A DNA stretch of 64,000 nucleotides from Setoptus koraiensis (GCA_048013815.1 CM106586.1:4588001-4652000), one strand, 5' to 3'; positions 1-13,681 are shown, numbered from the stretch's first letter. Made by a program: numbers and translations. The notes: generated from the sequence alone by a model not told the origin.

Positions 1-3000
1 TTCAAGTTGAGATTACTGGACGAACCCGGCGATGAATATACTAAGGATAATCACGACGAAGGAAATATTGCAAATGATCCCATCGATGACGAAGAAAGTT
101 TGTTAAAGAAACCGGGGCGAGATTTCCTAGATGATGATGATGATTTTGATGATATCTCTCCAAGTGACGACGAGGACAGTTTTCATTCAGTAAACGCGGA
201 CGATCCGTTTAGTGATCCCGATGATATGCAACTACCAGATTTAGATGAGGATATTGATGATGAGAGTGGTGAGAAATATCCAGAGTTTGACAATTCATCG
301 AATGAACATGAACAAAATAAGGAACAACCTGAAAAATCACAGAGTGACCCCAAGAGAGAAGAGTCACAAAGTGGTCCCGATAAGTTCGGAACCGAGGCTG
401 ATCCAAAAAAAGAAAATCCAAATCAATCTGATTCTTCCGCTTCTGGACAGCGAGATGGCAAGGCCAATCGTATCGACAAGAATTCTGAAAATGATGATAG
501 TAGCAGCCCAGTGAAAGATTCCCACAAAAACAGTGCTAATGAAGATGGTGAAAACGATGAAAAGCCAAGTTCTCTAGAGTCCAACGAATCAATACCAATT
601 GTCATGCATGATGATGATGGAAGTGAGCATTCACCTTCAGAAGGTGTTAAAGGCCATCCAAGAATAAGTAAAGATGACCCATTCCGTAGAGCATCCGAAC
701 AAAGGGAACCGAGGCGCGTATTAGATGATAAATCTAAATCAAAACCTCACGCAATCATTTACGAGGAGGACAAGCCTTCGGAAGGCATATCATCGGACAC
801 TGCAAACGAACCAAATTTGGATGATGATCAGGTATTCTTGGACGACCCTAATGACAAAATATCATCAGAAATTGACCCACACCAAGAGAAGACCAACGAG
901 GAAGGTGATTTCCCAGCAGGTAACAATGATTCTGATCCATCAAGTTCCAAAAAAATGGTTCCCAACCGATCAACTTCCGATCAGAAACGTAACTCTGAAA
1001 ATGTTGACAATCCAGAGACAACCAACGAAAGGTCTCAATCGGATCCGGACGGCAAGGCGAAAGACCTCTTCGATGATGAAGATACGGACGGTATAAATAT
1101 CAACTTCAAAGAGGACGATGATGAGCCCATCAATGATAACAAACTAAAGGAAGATGATCTTCCCTTTGACGCTGATCTCGAACCCTCTATCAGTCCCGAG
1201 CCGAAAATATCGTCGGACGTGTTACCACCTTCGCCCCATGATAATGGACCTAGATCTGGTGAAACAGTTGGTGGTGGAGAGAGCAATGAGCCACCAGTGA
1301 AATTCACTGATCCCGATGAAGATGCAGAATTAGATGATGCGTTGGATCCAAGCTTGGTCGACGATCAATTATTTGCTGATGATCCAAGGTCGAAATTGCA
1401 AGACAACCATCCTCTCAGTCCTAAAGAGATAGATGGAAAACAGAATAAGGACGATACGACGAGTGAGCATCCTTCGAAACACGATGAAAGGCGACCATCG
1501 GCCGATAAATCATCCAAGCCAGGTAGTGATAATCTGCATCCCCACTCGAGCGACCAAGAGTTAGATGGGGATGGCAATTCATCGTTGTCTGGTGGGGAAG
1601 AAGATCCTTGGACGAAGGGTGGAGATGAAGATGAAAAGTTTCCGTTGCTGGATGACAGTGTCAGTGATGATTATGAGCCAGAGTCTGAAAAAAATAAAAA
1701 TTCAGAAAATATTCCTAACACGGCCAACGCTGATCGTCCAAGCGCTGAGGAAGATCCCGAAAAGTTAGAGATAAAATTTGTCGATCCTGAAGATGATGAT
1801 ATCATAAATCCCGATTCGAATAGATCTCTCGAACCAGATATGAATGATGATCAAGAATTTGTGGATAAGTCGCAACCGAGTCCCAAAAATGACGGCCTCT
1901 CTGACGGTGAAACAGAACGTGAATCTGTCTTGAACTCTCCGGAAGCTAAAAATTCTGGAAATAAAGAAAAAAATGATGGAGGCTATTCCCCCGTCGATAA
2001 ATCGGAGAATGACCCTCTCAAAGTTGATAAACCTACCGATCCAAGGAAGCCTTTCGATGGTTTATCCAAGGATTTCCCAGGAAGCGTGCCATCTGATCCT
2101 CTGGGTAGGGATCCATTTGGAGAATCAGCACTTGATGATCCCGATTTAGAAGACGATCAAGAGTTCGATGATGAGGGCAATTTAAATGAGAAACGAAACC
2201 CTCAGGGTGGTGTTACAGAGGAAGAGCCAGCTGCAAGCTCGATTCTCCCGCAGGAGCGTGCTCAGAGCCCAAATAGAGGCTATTCGGGAGCAGAGGAGCC
2301 AGAAAATAAAACTGATAATGGCATTGATCTGAACTTTGTTGACGATCTCGCCGACGAAGACCCGACAGAAATGTTTGATGTGCCTGATAAAACGGGACTG
2401 AACAACGATGATGTCGGCAGTAACAAATCCCCCGAACCTGAGGATAACTTGTTGAATCCTGAAAGAAAGAATAGAAACTCTGCGGTTGAGGATTATATGA
2501 GCGACCCATTGAGACCGACTGATGTTGACGACCTGACAACTAAAGACTTTGATGATGCTGATCCCAACTTGGAAGATGATCAGAAATTCGTCGATGATGT
2601 GGACCCTACAGACAAGGCACCCAATCAGGCTGATATTTTTTCCGGAAACAATCCACTAACAGAAGACAAAACAGAAGAGCCGCTGCCGACAGTTTACGAG
2701 GGAGACGGCGATCCGTTCGAGCCCGAGCAAAGAGGCTCCTCGAGATTGATCGATCCAGATTTGGTCGACGATCAGGAGTTTGAGAATGACAGTCTTGATC
2801 CTGTGTCAACCATACCAAAAAATGAAAATCAGAGCGCAATTCCGGGCGAGGATCCACATGTTAGTCAACCAGAAAATCACGATGATCCGGGCCTTGTGAT
2901 TTCTTTCAAAGATCAAGACGACGGCGACGTTGAAGCATCAAGCGATCCGAATATGCAGAAAGCCGATGGTTTTTCGGGCAAACAAAATTCTAAAAGTCAT

Positions 3001-6000
3001 CGAGATGCTACACAAGCTGACCCAGAACAGACGAATAAAAGCAAAGCTGATCTATCCAAATCTGGAAGAGACTCAACTAACAATCGTGACCGAAACGATG
3101 ACAAAGGCAGCTTGTCACCCGATAGCTTAGATTCACAGCCAACAGAAGAGGGACCTGAGTCTAGCTCAAAACAAGACCAACACAAGTGCCCAACTTGTCA
3201 CTTGAGCCATTCATCGACAGACCAACAAGGCCCGAATGGATGGTCTTTGGCCATGTTGCAGAATACAAACAATCCTGTGTTCACATTTAATCCCGTCATA
3301 AATAACAAGATCGAGCTGCCCCAAGCTGCGCAACAAATACCCATAGCTATGCCTAGCGTCACTTATGGCGCTCCAAATTATGTTGGCCCCACTTACAACA
3401 ACCACAACGAACATCATAATAGCTATGCTGCACCAGAGGAATCTAAGCATACAAATAAAGACCGTCATCACCGTCGCAATAGGCATAAAGGAACCAAGCG
3501 AGAGGATGATGGAACTGATTGGACTGACGACGAAAATCCGAACGAGGATGGTGCTAGAAATGTCCACAGAAAAAAGGGATTTCCTAAGAGAAGTCGCAGC
3601 AGATCCTCATCGAATCCCAGAGGGTTGGATGACGATTACCCAAGAGATACTGACAGTCATGATGATGACGATGAAAGTCCCGAGGACGCGAGCAAAAAAC
3701 ATTCGCCTCGCAGGGGTAGAAGCCGGAACAGAAAGCCATCTCGCAGTGAAGACAAGAATCGAGCAAATTCAGATAATTATGGGACTGACTCAGACGTATC
3801 AGACGATGACTCAGATCTGGATGACGATCATTCTATCGAAAAACCAAGCACATCTAAACGTGGCTCCCAGACAACCGAATCGCCCAGAACGAAAGATCGT
3901 TCTCGCAAGCGAAAGAAAAACAGGAAGAGCCCCACTAGAAGCAAAGGGTCCAGCGACAAAAACAGTCCGAACGATCGCTCATCTGATTCGGACTTGCCAA
4001 GACAAGAGCGAGGCAGCGTCCATAGCAAAAAGTCTCCCTCTAGACGACATTCTAGAGATAAAAGTTACGATGATGACTCCCCATCAAGCAAGAAGGGTAA
4101 AAAACCTAAGAAACGAAGATCACATAACCGGCACTCATCTGGCGAAGTTGATGAGCTCGAAAGTGACAATTATCCGGCTGAAACAACAGACAAAAAACAC
4201 TCTAAGAATGGAAAACATCCGAAGCAACAAAAGCCCAGGCGACCGCAAAGTGACGATCTGTCCGATGGAGACGACGAAACGGGGAAAACTGTGAAAACAA
4301 GAGACCACAAATCACCTCGTAAATCAAACAGACGACGCCCAAAAGAAAAGTCTGTCAGTCCGAGGGGAAGCCCAAGAGATTCAGACAGTGAAAGCCGTCC
4401 AGATATCAGCTTCTATGACGAAGATGACGACATAGAAGATCAACCAACGGACGATGATGCTGTCGCAATATCGCCCGAATTGGATGATTCCAATATTAAC
4501 GATAATACCGACCCGGAAGATCGAAGTGCCACGCCTCATAAGAGACGTCACAATAAAAAGAAACTGGGCCCCAAAATTTCGCCCAAGAAACGAGCCCATT
4601 TGAAGCGTCGTGGTCCGCCACGACGTAGACATAGTGAGCCCAATTCTCGCGATAGCAGCGATACCGAACCTGAACAATCTGCTGATCTGAAGCAGCGTCA
4701 CAAGCCTAAATCGTTTTCAGATTCTGATGTAATCAGGAAACATCCCAGAGATAAATGGCCAGGTTCCAGAAGAAAGAGAAACAAAAAGAAAGGAAAAAGA
4801 GACCCCAGAAACGATCCATCCTGGGAAGATACTGATGTCGATGGTGAATCTCTCAATGAAAAATCGGCTCCAGGTGATCTGAGCGAGCAAGATTCTCGGC
4901 CTGATAAGAAACGAAATCGTGATCAATCTGATGAACTCGATGACACAGACTCTGCAACATCGAGTAGCGAAGATGAACAACCCTTGGGCGATGGATACCC
5001 CAAGAGAAGGCGCAACAATGTCTTGCCCGAGGACGAGCAACAAGGTAATAGTCTGATGGATAAATTGTTCGGGCCAAAAGAAAACTCTCAGGCGGAAGCA
5101 AGTCCATCTTCCGAACCTAGTAGCCCTGACAAAAAGTCGTGGAATCCGTTCGCCAATCCAACCAAAGATAGCTCACCTGAGATTCTTCCGAAAAACAGCG
5201 ATGATTCTAAGGGAGAATATCCCGGATCCCAAGCAAATATCGATGAAAAATCACTTTCCAACCCCTTGAACAAAGATCTAGCATCTGCAATAGATGATGC
5301 TCCTCCTAACAAGGAACTCGTCGATGGGGACATGGCTCACTCAGGCGAAGAATCTTCGAAGCCAAGCAGTGAAAAAGAGGTGCCAATTGCTCCGGAATCA
5401 TCCGATAAATCACAGAGAGCACCTTCATCCAACGATGAGCTCAGCAAGCAGATACCAGAGAGGCAGCAAAAACAATATCCACCATTGATACCTCCGACTG
5501 GCAGACCTTTTGGAGGGCAAATAGAACCAAATGAGTCCGACCAATCGAAAGACGACCCAATACTGGACAAAGTGCTGCCCCCAGAGGGTGTACATTCTGG
5601 TAATGTCAAAAAAAGAAGCCGAGAACCAACTTCGGCAGAACCATCATCTTCAGATGAGAGCGAGGACCTCCCCGATACCGGCGATACGCCAAAGAGAAGA
5701 AAGAATAATGAGACCATCGAAGACGAAAAGGATGGTAATGAGCTGCTGGATGGTCTTGAAGGAGCAGACTCGCCGAAACACAATGATGAACATGATGATA
5801 AGTTCAACGATATTCCTGAAACGATCATAGATGAGCAACCCCAGCAACCCGAGGCCACGAATACACTACCGCTGGATTCTCAAAGAGAGGAAACAGGCCC
5901 ATCGGAAGTAGGCGATCATCTTTCTCGTCCATTCTCTGAGAAGAAGAGAAGCCGCGATAATCTTGAGCCTTCAGACAAGCGAAATTCGGGAGATGGCACG

Positions 6001-9000
6001 ATTTTGGAAAGCGAAGATGAGCCAACGCCTGCTGAGGCCGAGAGGCCCAAAAGAAAAAAAGGCAATCCAACGCCCGAGGACGAGGAGGAGGGCATCAAAT
6101 TAATGAATGACATGAACAATTCTAAACCTCACAATAGTAGATCTGAAATTGACGAGCCGACTGTATCAGATACTGAGGCACAGCTCCCTGCGGAATCATC
6201 AGAATCACGACCAATAATAGCACCTGGTGACGTTTCCGGTACATCCGAAAAACCCTCGGAGTCTTCCGATTCTCCATCAGCAGCGATGGCAGATCCACAA
6301 ACCTTGGCCCTTGATAGTATATCTGGCCAGCCTGAAAAAGGGAATGCAGGTTTTGAACCGTCAGAGGTTCCGTCGAATGCAGAGAGTCCATCAATTGACC
6401 TGTCGAGAAGTTCACAGAAAGAAGATCCAAGCAAAAAAGAAGCCTCCGATCGTGATACTGATGTGTCCCTGGTCTCGCTAAACGATGAATCTCCAACAAA
6501 ATCGAACGAGCTCAATAGAAAGCGCTCTCGTGATCAATTAGAGCCGGTCGTTTTAGATCCCGACAATAAGAGTGATACGGAGAGTGATTCGGATGATAAG
6601 AGGAGAAAGAAAAATTTGTCGCCTGAAGATGAAAAAGCAGGTAATGATCTGTTGGATGGTTTAAATAAGCCACCGAATGAATCTGAAATTGATTCCGCTA
6701 AAAATCCCGATGAACCCAACAACACAGAAACAATTCCAAGGGAATCAGCTCATACCGGAGTAGAGGACGATCCTGTTGATCCCTCAGACAAAAAGAGAAG
6801 CCGTAATCGTTTCGAACCCGTTGACTCATCAGATCAGACCTCGTCGGATGAGTCCGATCCAGAGCGTTCTCACGAAAACAACTCTGATAAAAAGGTAGAT
6901 GAGAGTCCGAAGCGCCGAAGAAATAATGAGCTGCCTGAAGATGAAAAAGAGGGTAATGATCTATTTCATCGTCTCAAAGAAATCCACCCTGAGGCCATCC
7001 AAAATGAAAATCGGCAGAACCCAGCAATCACTGGTCGTGATGAGTCTGAAGATAGCAAAAATGATGGAAAACCAGTGAACACCGATACGGTAGGTCCACA
7101 AGAAACGAATGTGGTAGCGCCCCATTTGGAGCCACACGATGATGAGAAGGATGATTTGCACAACTCTGAAACGGAATCTGAAATAAACAGACTGAACAAA
7201 AAACGTCCCCGCGATCAATTTGAACCTGAGAATCATTCAGTGTCGGATAATGAAGAAAAACTGGATCCGAAAAGAGATGACAATGAAAGCTTCGATTCGA
7301 TAGATCGACTTGGAAGCAATGAACCAGCTCCAATTGACAACTCAGCCAATTCGCCGTCGGACGCAATTGAAAAGAATCCTGATCATAGTTCTGAAGGTGC
7401 CGATTTAGTCCCAGCCAGCGAGCCGAACCGAAATGAGCATACTGACACAGACGAGTCAAGGCCAATTGATCGTGTTGCTGCTCAGGCGGAATCACCCCTT
7501 GAGTCAACTCAATCATTCCATCCAAACGGTCATTCAACATCTGCTGATCCTCATGAAGATGCCATTGAAAAATCGAGACCGAATTCAGAAGAATCGCACG
7601 AGGAATCTAATGAACCGCAAATGAAGGATTCAATAGATGAATCTGATTCTGAAACTCCATCAGAATATCGTGATCACATACACCAGCCTAACGATATCCC
7701 AGCATCTGAAGACACCAAAGCAATCGATCCGTCTCACGATATTAGACCGGAAGAAGAGATAGTTCCAGAAGTGGAAAACCCCTCAAAAGACCCTTCAAAA
7801 GACCCCTTCGATGACGACGAGTTTCAGCGTAGCGACAGTACACCTTCAGTGGTGCCTCGTAATCACGACCATCAAATAGATTCACCCGAAGGAGCGCATC
7901 TCGGAGATTTTGGGCGAGACGACAATGCAAATGAAGATGTGAAACCATCAACTCACACGTCCCCGCAGCCTGATGATAAATCGGGTGATGCCATTCCAGA
8001 TGACCCATTTCAGCATCGCTTGCCTAATCGTGAAGATGGTGTCAGCTCTGTTGGTCGCCTAAAAGATATCTTAAATAAGGCAGTCAACCATATACGACCG
8101 GATACAAAAGATGGAACTCCTGGGGAGATGAAACCACTAGCAGATGAACGAGATGCCGACCCTAGATCAGACGATTTGCCTGGCGAATATCATGAAAATA
8201 ACGCAGCAAAAGAAAACAATCCCGATACAATTGATGATAGCACACCCAACCATCCAGACAGTGCACCCGAACTGAGCACGAAACACCTTGAAAATACTGG
8301 AATGAACGAAGATTTAAATGAACCAGAACAGCCGAAAATGGACCCCAATGATCGTCTGCGACCACACTCAAGTTCACCAATCAGCGACACAGTGACGGAC
8401 GCTCACCATGAGGATCCGAAAGTCCACGACGGGCACCATGGAGAGAGATTGTCAGATGTGGATGATGCACGAAAGGAAGAACAAGGAATACATAAGGTTG
8501 CCCCAGAGGAAACAACTAAGATTTCTCCAGAAGGAGAGCATGAAGCTTTGCCGGAAATCGAATCTAGAGCTTCGTCAAACGAACAGCGTGAACCTTCTCT
8601 AGAACCCGAGGCTCCCCACGAGAAAGAACCCATGGTTTCTCCGGCTGAAGAACATGAACCTTCGTTAGGAGAGGAACGCGAAGCTTTTCCAGAAAACGAA
8701 CATGGAACTCCAGCAGTGGAAGAGATTAAAAATTCGCCAAATGGTGATTTTAAGGTTTTGCCAGAGGAAGGACATGAAGCTCCGCCGAGCAGAGAGCATG
8801 AAATTTTGCCAGAAAGGGAACTCGAGACTCCGCTAGAGAACGAAAATGAACCACACATTCCCATCAAAGATACAGAGAGCTCGGGAGGTAATGGAGAACA
8901 AGAACACGGTACTAATTCAAATGAACCAAACGTCCTCGAACATGAACCATCCGAGGATCTTGGCGAAGATCCGACTCCCAAGGATGGTTCTGTCGGCGAG

Positions 9001-12000
9001 TCGTCGTTGAATCCAGAACATAGAGACCATATTGAGGAAGATACCTCGCCTGGTAGAACGAGTGAACACGAAATACCTCACGAAAAGCAGACTCTTGATG
9101 CCCATGACCATCCCGAGGCCCATGAGTCTCGTGGTGAATCAGGAAGGATTCCACCAGATGTTCCCGAACACAGTGATCATTCAAGAATTGACCCCGATTC
9201 AATTTCGAAGTCTCTAGATGATTCCGTGCATGATGACAGGGAAGATTTGCCAAACAGGCCGCATGTCGGACCTGATGATTTCAGGCAACCAGCATCAGAG
9301 CCTTCAACGAGCGAGTTCAACAAAGAGGAGCACCCAAAAGAATCGAATGAAAATGACACAGCAGACGATCATGATAAGCCGATTCATGATGAAGAAGATG
9401 GTAAACTAGTAGGACCCAATGAAACCGAAAATCACGAGATCTCGCATACGAGCCCTGAATCAAGCAGACAGAAAGCTGATGACAATGAGGGCAAATCGCA
9501 CCTCGAGCCAATGGCTCCCTCGATACCTGAAAAAGAGCACGAGCTGGAGAGTCCATTGCAGGCTTCGAATCACGGCGAAACCCCTGATGTTGATCATCAT
9601 TCTGAGCCGGAGGAACCTGTTGAACCTTCCCATAATGATCATGATCGAAAATCAGAAGAACAAAATGAAATTCCATTCGTGCACGAACCAGAATCCAATC
9701 ACCCAGAGACTGACATCGCTGAAGATCCGCATCAAGCCGGAAGAGAATCCGATCGTTCGAGTCAGCAGGATAAACAGCTGAGTCCTGAAGAGCATTCGTC
9801 AGATCGAGTTAGAGAAGCTTCGCAAAATGAGAACCAGCACCACGCACCGAACACCGACCATTCCGAAAGCAATCCTGACGAAAGAAAACAAGCAGATATT
9901 CCAACAGATCTGCCCGAAGAACCTAACGATGGACCAGTTGCTCATCGTGACGATGTTGAACAGCCCGAGTCCGAGAGGCACGATCCTCCAAATAATCATC
10001 AAGGCCACAGGTCCGTTGATATGAATTCAGACAGCGGACATCATATCGAAAAAGACCAAGATCCATCTGACTCGAATGTTGATAATGACCAAAATGACCA
10101 CCACCCTTCCAAAGAGGGGACAAGCGATCAAAACGAAACTAGTTCTCCCCACGAAGTATTAGATTCGATTGATCCTGAGATGCCTTCCACTGAGCCAGCC
10201 GAGTTAGACAATCTCGAAAACCATGATGGATCGAGCTCCCCAGTCGAAGAAGATCTGCCATCTTCCGATAAAACTAGCAAACTAGAGCCCGAGGATCATC
10301 GATCCGAGGAAGGCTCAAACAGAGAGTCTCATCAACAAACGAGGCCGGAATCCGAGGACGATGATAAAATCAATGCGGACCAACCAGATGAAAGATCGAT
10401 ATCTTTGCCAACCAGACACGAGAGTGAAGATAAAGAGAGGAGCTTAGAACATCCCGACGAAACCTTGGGTCACGACAATGAAAATGTCGATCATTCTTTA
10501 ACCGATGAGAAATTAAATGAGGCAACGCCAGTAGAAAACTCTGAGGAGCTCTCTAACACCGGTAGCGAGCCTCATCAACAGCCAGGGTTGGAGCCAGAAA
10601 TGGACCATCGAGCTCATGCACATGAATCTGATTCTGTTGATCATTCCAAACCAGAGAGAGAGGCTGTCGAAGAACAAACTCACCCAGTTGAGAATGACCA
10701 CAATCCTATAGCGTCTCAAGATGAACTCACCAGCTCGAACGAGCCCCAGAAATTAGAGGAGGAACAATCATTTAGTGAACCACCGATTGGATCCGATAAA
10801 GAACTGTCTGGCGAGCATCAAACTGATAATAATAATCTGCCAGACGATGAGCCGAACACAGCAGCTATAAATTCACCTGAAAAAAATGCCCATGAGAGCA
10901 ACAGCGAGCAAGCTTCCCCTGACGGGCCTCACGAATCCACGGATCACGCAACTAGGTCAAATGGCGTTGATCGTGACGACAGAGTGAATTCTGACTCAAA
11001 ATCCAGATCCGGAGATGACCACAATTTAGACAATTTGCAAAAGGAGTCACCAGAAACACCGCCAGCAGTGGATAAGGATAATGAATTGCAGCCTCATCAT
11101 GTCGATCACCAAGATCATGCGGGCACTCACAGCGACAAAGAGAAAGAAGACAGGTTTGCAGATTTGGACGACGACAAGCCAACTGTTACTGGACGCCGAT
11201 CCAGTCATATTGAGGACACTACTGGAAGGCCAGAGCCACCACCAAGGAGGCAACGCCAAGGTGCATCGAAAATAAGACCACCACCAAGTCCTACGCACAA
11301 AGCAAGGGAATCTTCTGAAAACGGCAACAAGTTGCCACAAGCAGAATCAACAGGTTTGAAGGAACCCCAAAATCATTTAGAAAAAGATGATGGCAACAAC
11401 GATGATGATGATGATTCATTGACAGTCATCAGAGATCGAGGACGCGCTCCATACGCAATAGGCAATTATAGAAAAAATGATAGCAAAGAATCTTCAGATA
11501 ATGGTAATAGCGTTGATCAAGGTGAACACGATCAGGCTAGTTCACAAGATATAAAAGCTGATTTGGCATCCAGACCATTGCCACCAATGTCATTAGAACA
11601 GAATGAATTGGACGAAATGAAGCAAAGAAAATTTGGAACAGGTAGAACAAATACCAATAGAAACCGAATTTCTAAGTTGAATCATAGACTCACTGTTGGT
11701 GGCGACTGGAATCCCGAGCGTGTACTCACTGAGGAACCTCACGAAATAGATGCTGTAAGTTCATTCGAGAATGTCCTGTAATTTGATGAATGTTCCATAA
11801 CCAACACATACATTAATTAACTCATACACAATTGTTTTTGTTCCTATTCGTGCTATCAGCAGGATGCAACGGGAAAAAAGGCAGTCGACAAAAGCCCATT
11901 TGACGAGAACACCTTGACACGGGCTAGAAAAGTTACCAAAGACGAGGGACTGTGGGATTCGTTGTCGGCCTCGAGGAGAGTGCCAGCGGTGGCGTACCAA

Positions 12001-12066
12001 CCGAAACGAAAAATCAATTTAAATAAATCCCCTCAAGATGATACCCCTCAAGTGGAGTCTAGATAA
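1..12066 (+). CDS. Giant acidic, intrinsically disordered protein of unknown function (5'-truncated, >=3,986 aa; exons <1..11754 and 11860..12066)
   Basis: Frame 1 is open from base 1 (TTC AAG TTG AGA), so the start lies outside the window. A phase-0 donor GCT|GTAAGT at 11754/11755 joins acceptor TATCAG|CAG at 11859/11860 (alternative NAGNAG at 11862/11863). This gives an in-frame terminal exon QDATGKK...PQVESR* ending TAA 12064-12066. D/E/S/P-rich with no recognisable folded domain. Confidence 0.8.
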
Positions 12067-12922
12067 TTTAAGCTAGTCAAGAGCGAGTTTAGAAATAGAA
12101 CAGTTTTCAAGATCAAATGTATATAGCGTAATAATGGATAATAATCATAATAATCACTGGGCGTTGATTCAAACGAGATGAAAACCAAATAAATTCAGAC
12201 TCGAAATCAAAGAGAAACGCCATCAGGGCTGCTGTTGATATTCATACACGATTTCTTATAACCAGCTACTCAATTATGTACTTTCTCTTCTCTTGTTTGT
12301 TCAAATTAATAATTCAATTTATTCGGAATGTCTGATTACGAAGGTTGAGAATTGTCTGATAATTCACCAAAAACGAGAGAGAGAGAGAGAGACAGCCCTA
12401 TCATGTGAGCAAATAAAGTAATTGCAAGTATCGGCCTTAGATCTCTGATAAGTTGACTGTTGCGGTTTGCAAACTGTTGTTGGTCTTATCTTGTTGGCGA
12501 TAGCAAATTACAATGATAAAACTGACTAAATTGTTCGATATTTGTGTAACTTTTCCAGCCAGCATCATGCGGCAAGTCAAGTGGCAAGTTAGCTATACCG
12601 AGGCTGATGTTTACGAAGTTGAAGGCGTCTGCCAAGCAAATGATAGGCGAATGGCCAATAAATCGGACACTCCAAATGGCAAGACGAGACGAAAGTTTTC
12701 GCAAACTTATCATCGCATGATTATCTGATTGCTCTTTTGCTTTTGAGAAATGTATCAGTGAATTGCCCATTGTCATTGCTTAATTTAACTGATTTATAAA
12801 TGCATAATTAATAAAATATTTAAGTGGTTTCGAATAACGGGACAAACACTAATATGCAAGGGGAATTGTGTCACACAAACATGCTGAATGAAAGAGAATA
12901 ATTTGTTGCTAATACAATACAA

Positions 12923-13681
12923 TTATTTTATTAATATAACATTATTATTACTAATATTATTGTGATTATAACCGTTTGTTTCTTTAAGTACTAACTCGTC
13001 AATCAATTCCTGAAAACTATAAACAAACCAATCAGAGCCGGCTCTCACTTGCTCTCGGACCTGGTTGCCGCCGAAACCAATGAAGGCGTCTGCCGGCGGA
13101 CAGGCCTCCATATCGGTCTTTCCATCGCCTATCATTATTAGATTTTTATAACCGTGAATCTTTTTCAATTTTGAAACAACAATTGATTTTCCGTCCTGTT
13201 GTGAGGTGGGTCTGTCGGTGTCGAAGCCAGCATAGCAACCATCAGAATCAAACTTAATTCTATTCGCGAATACACGATCCAATGGAATGTTCAACATTTT
13301 TGCCGCCGGCTCAATTATAACATCGAAACCGCCTGATACCAGATATACATCGATACGTCTCTGATTGAGTATAGAAATCAATTCTTTGATATTGTCAGTT
13401 AGGCGTGGTGAGTGTTCCTCCAAGTATTTTTCAACAATCCGTTTATCTGGCTTGATAATGTCTAATCTCTTCTTTAGTGCACTCCTAAAATCGGCACCGC
13501 CTTGCATGGCCGATTTTGTGATGTCTGATACTTCGTTGAATTTTCCAACATATTTGGCCAGTTCGTCAATGGCCTCGTCTCTACAAACAGTAGAATCTAC
13601 ATCGAAACAAACGGCATCGGCGCGCAACCAACTTCTTTTCACCAAATCTATTTTCAATGATGATCCATTTATCGGTGACAT
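12923..13681 (-). CDS. PSPH: Phosphoserine phosphatase (HAD family), 252 aa, intronless
   Basis: HAD motif I FDVDST, plus LVSGGF, K in SQQDGKS, MIGDGKTD and FIGFGGNQVR, typical of metazoan PSPH. Confidence 0.95.
   Translation of the reverse strand: MSPINGSSLKIDLVKRSWLRADAVCFDVDSTVCRDEAIDELAKYVGKFNEVSDITKSAMQGGADFRSALKKRLDIIKPDKRIVEKYLEEHSPRLTDNIKELISILNQRRIDVYLVSGGFDVIIEPAAKMLNIPLDRVFANRIKFDSDGCYAGFDTDRPTSQQDGKSIVVSKLKKIHGYKNLIMIGDGKTDMEACPPADAFIGFGGNQVREQVRAGSDWFVYSFQELIDELVLKETNGYNHNNISNNNVILIK

Noticed and set aside
209-11340. Dozens of short overlapping and antisense ORFs inside the giant ORF
   Set aside because: Shadow frames of a biased D/E/S/P-rich coding sequence; no recognisable motifs.
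11755-11781. ORF-track C-terminus VSSFENVL* of the giant protein
   Set aside because: It begins exactly at a GTAAGT donor with an in-phase downstream exon, so it is most likely intron.
12486-12776. Overlapping 96-aa and 71-aa ORFs
   Set aside because: No family recognised in any frame; lies between convergent 3' ends.
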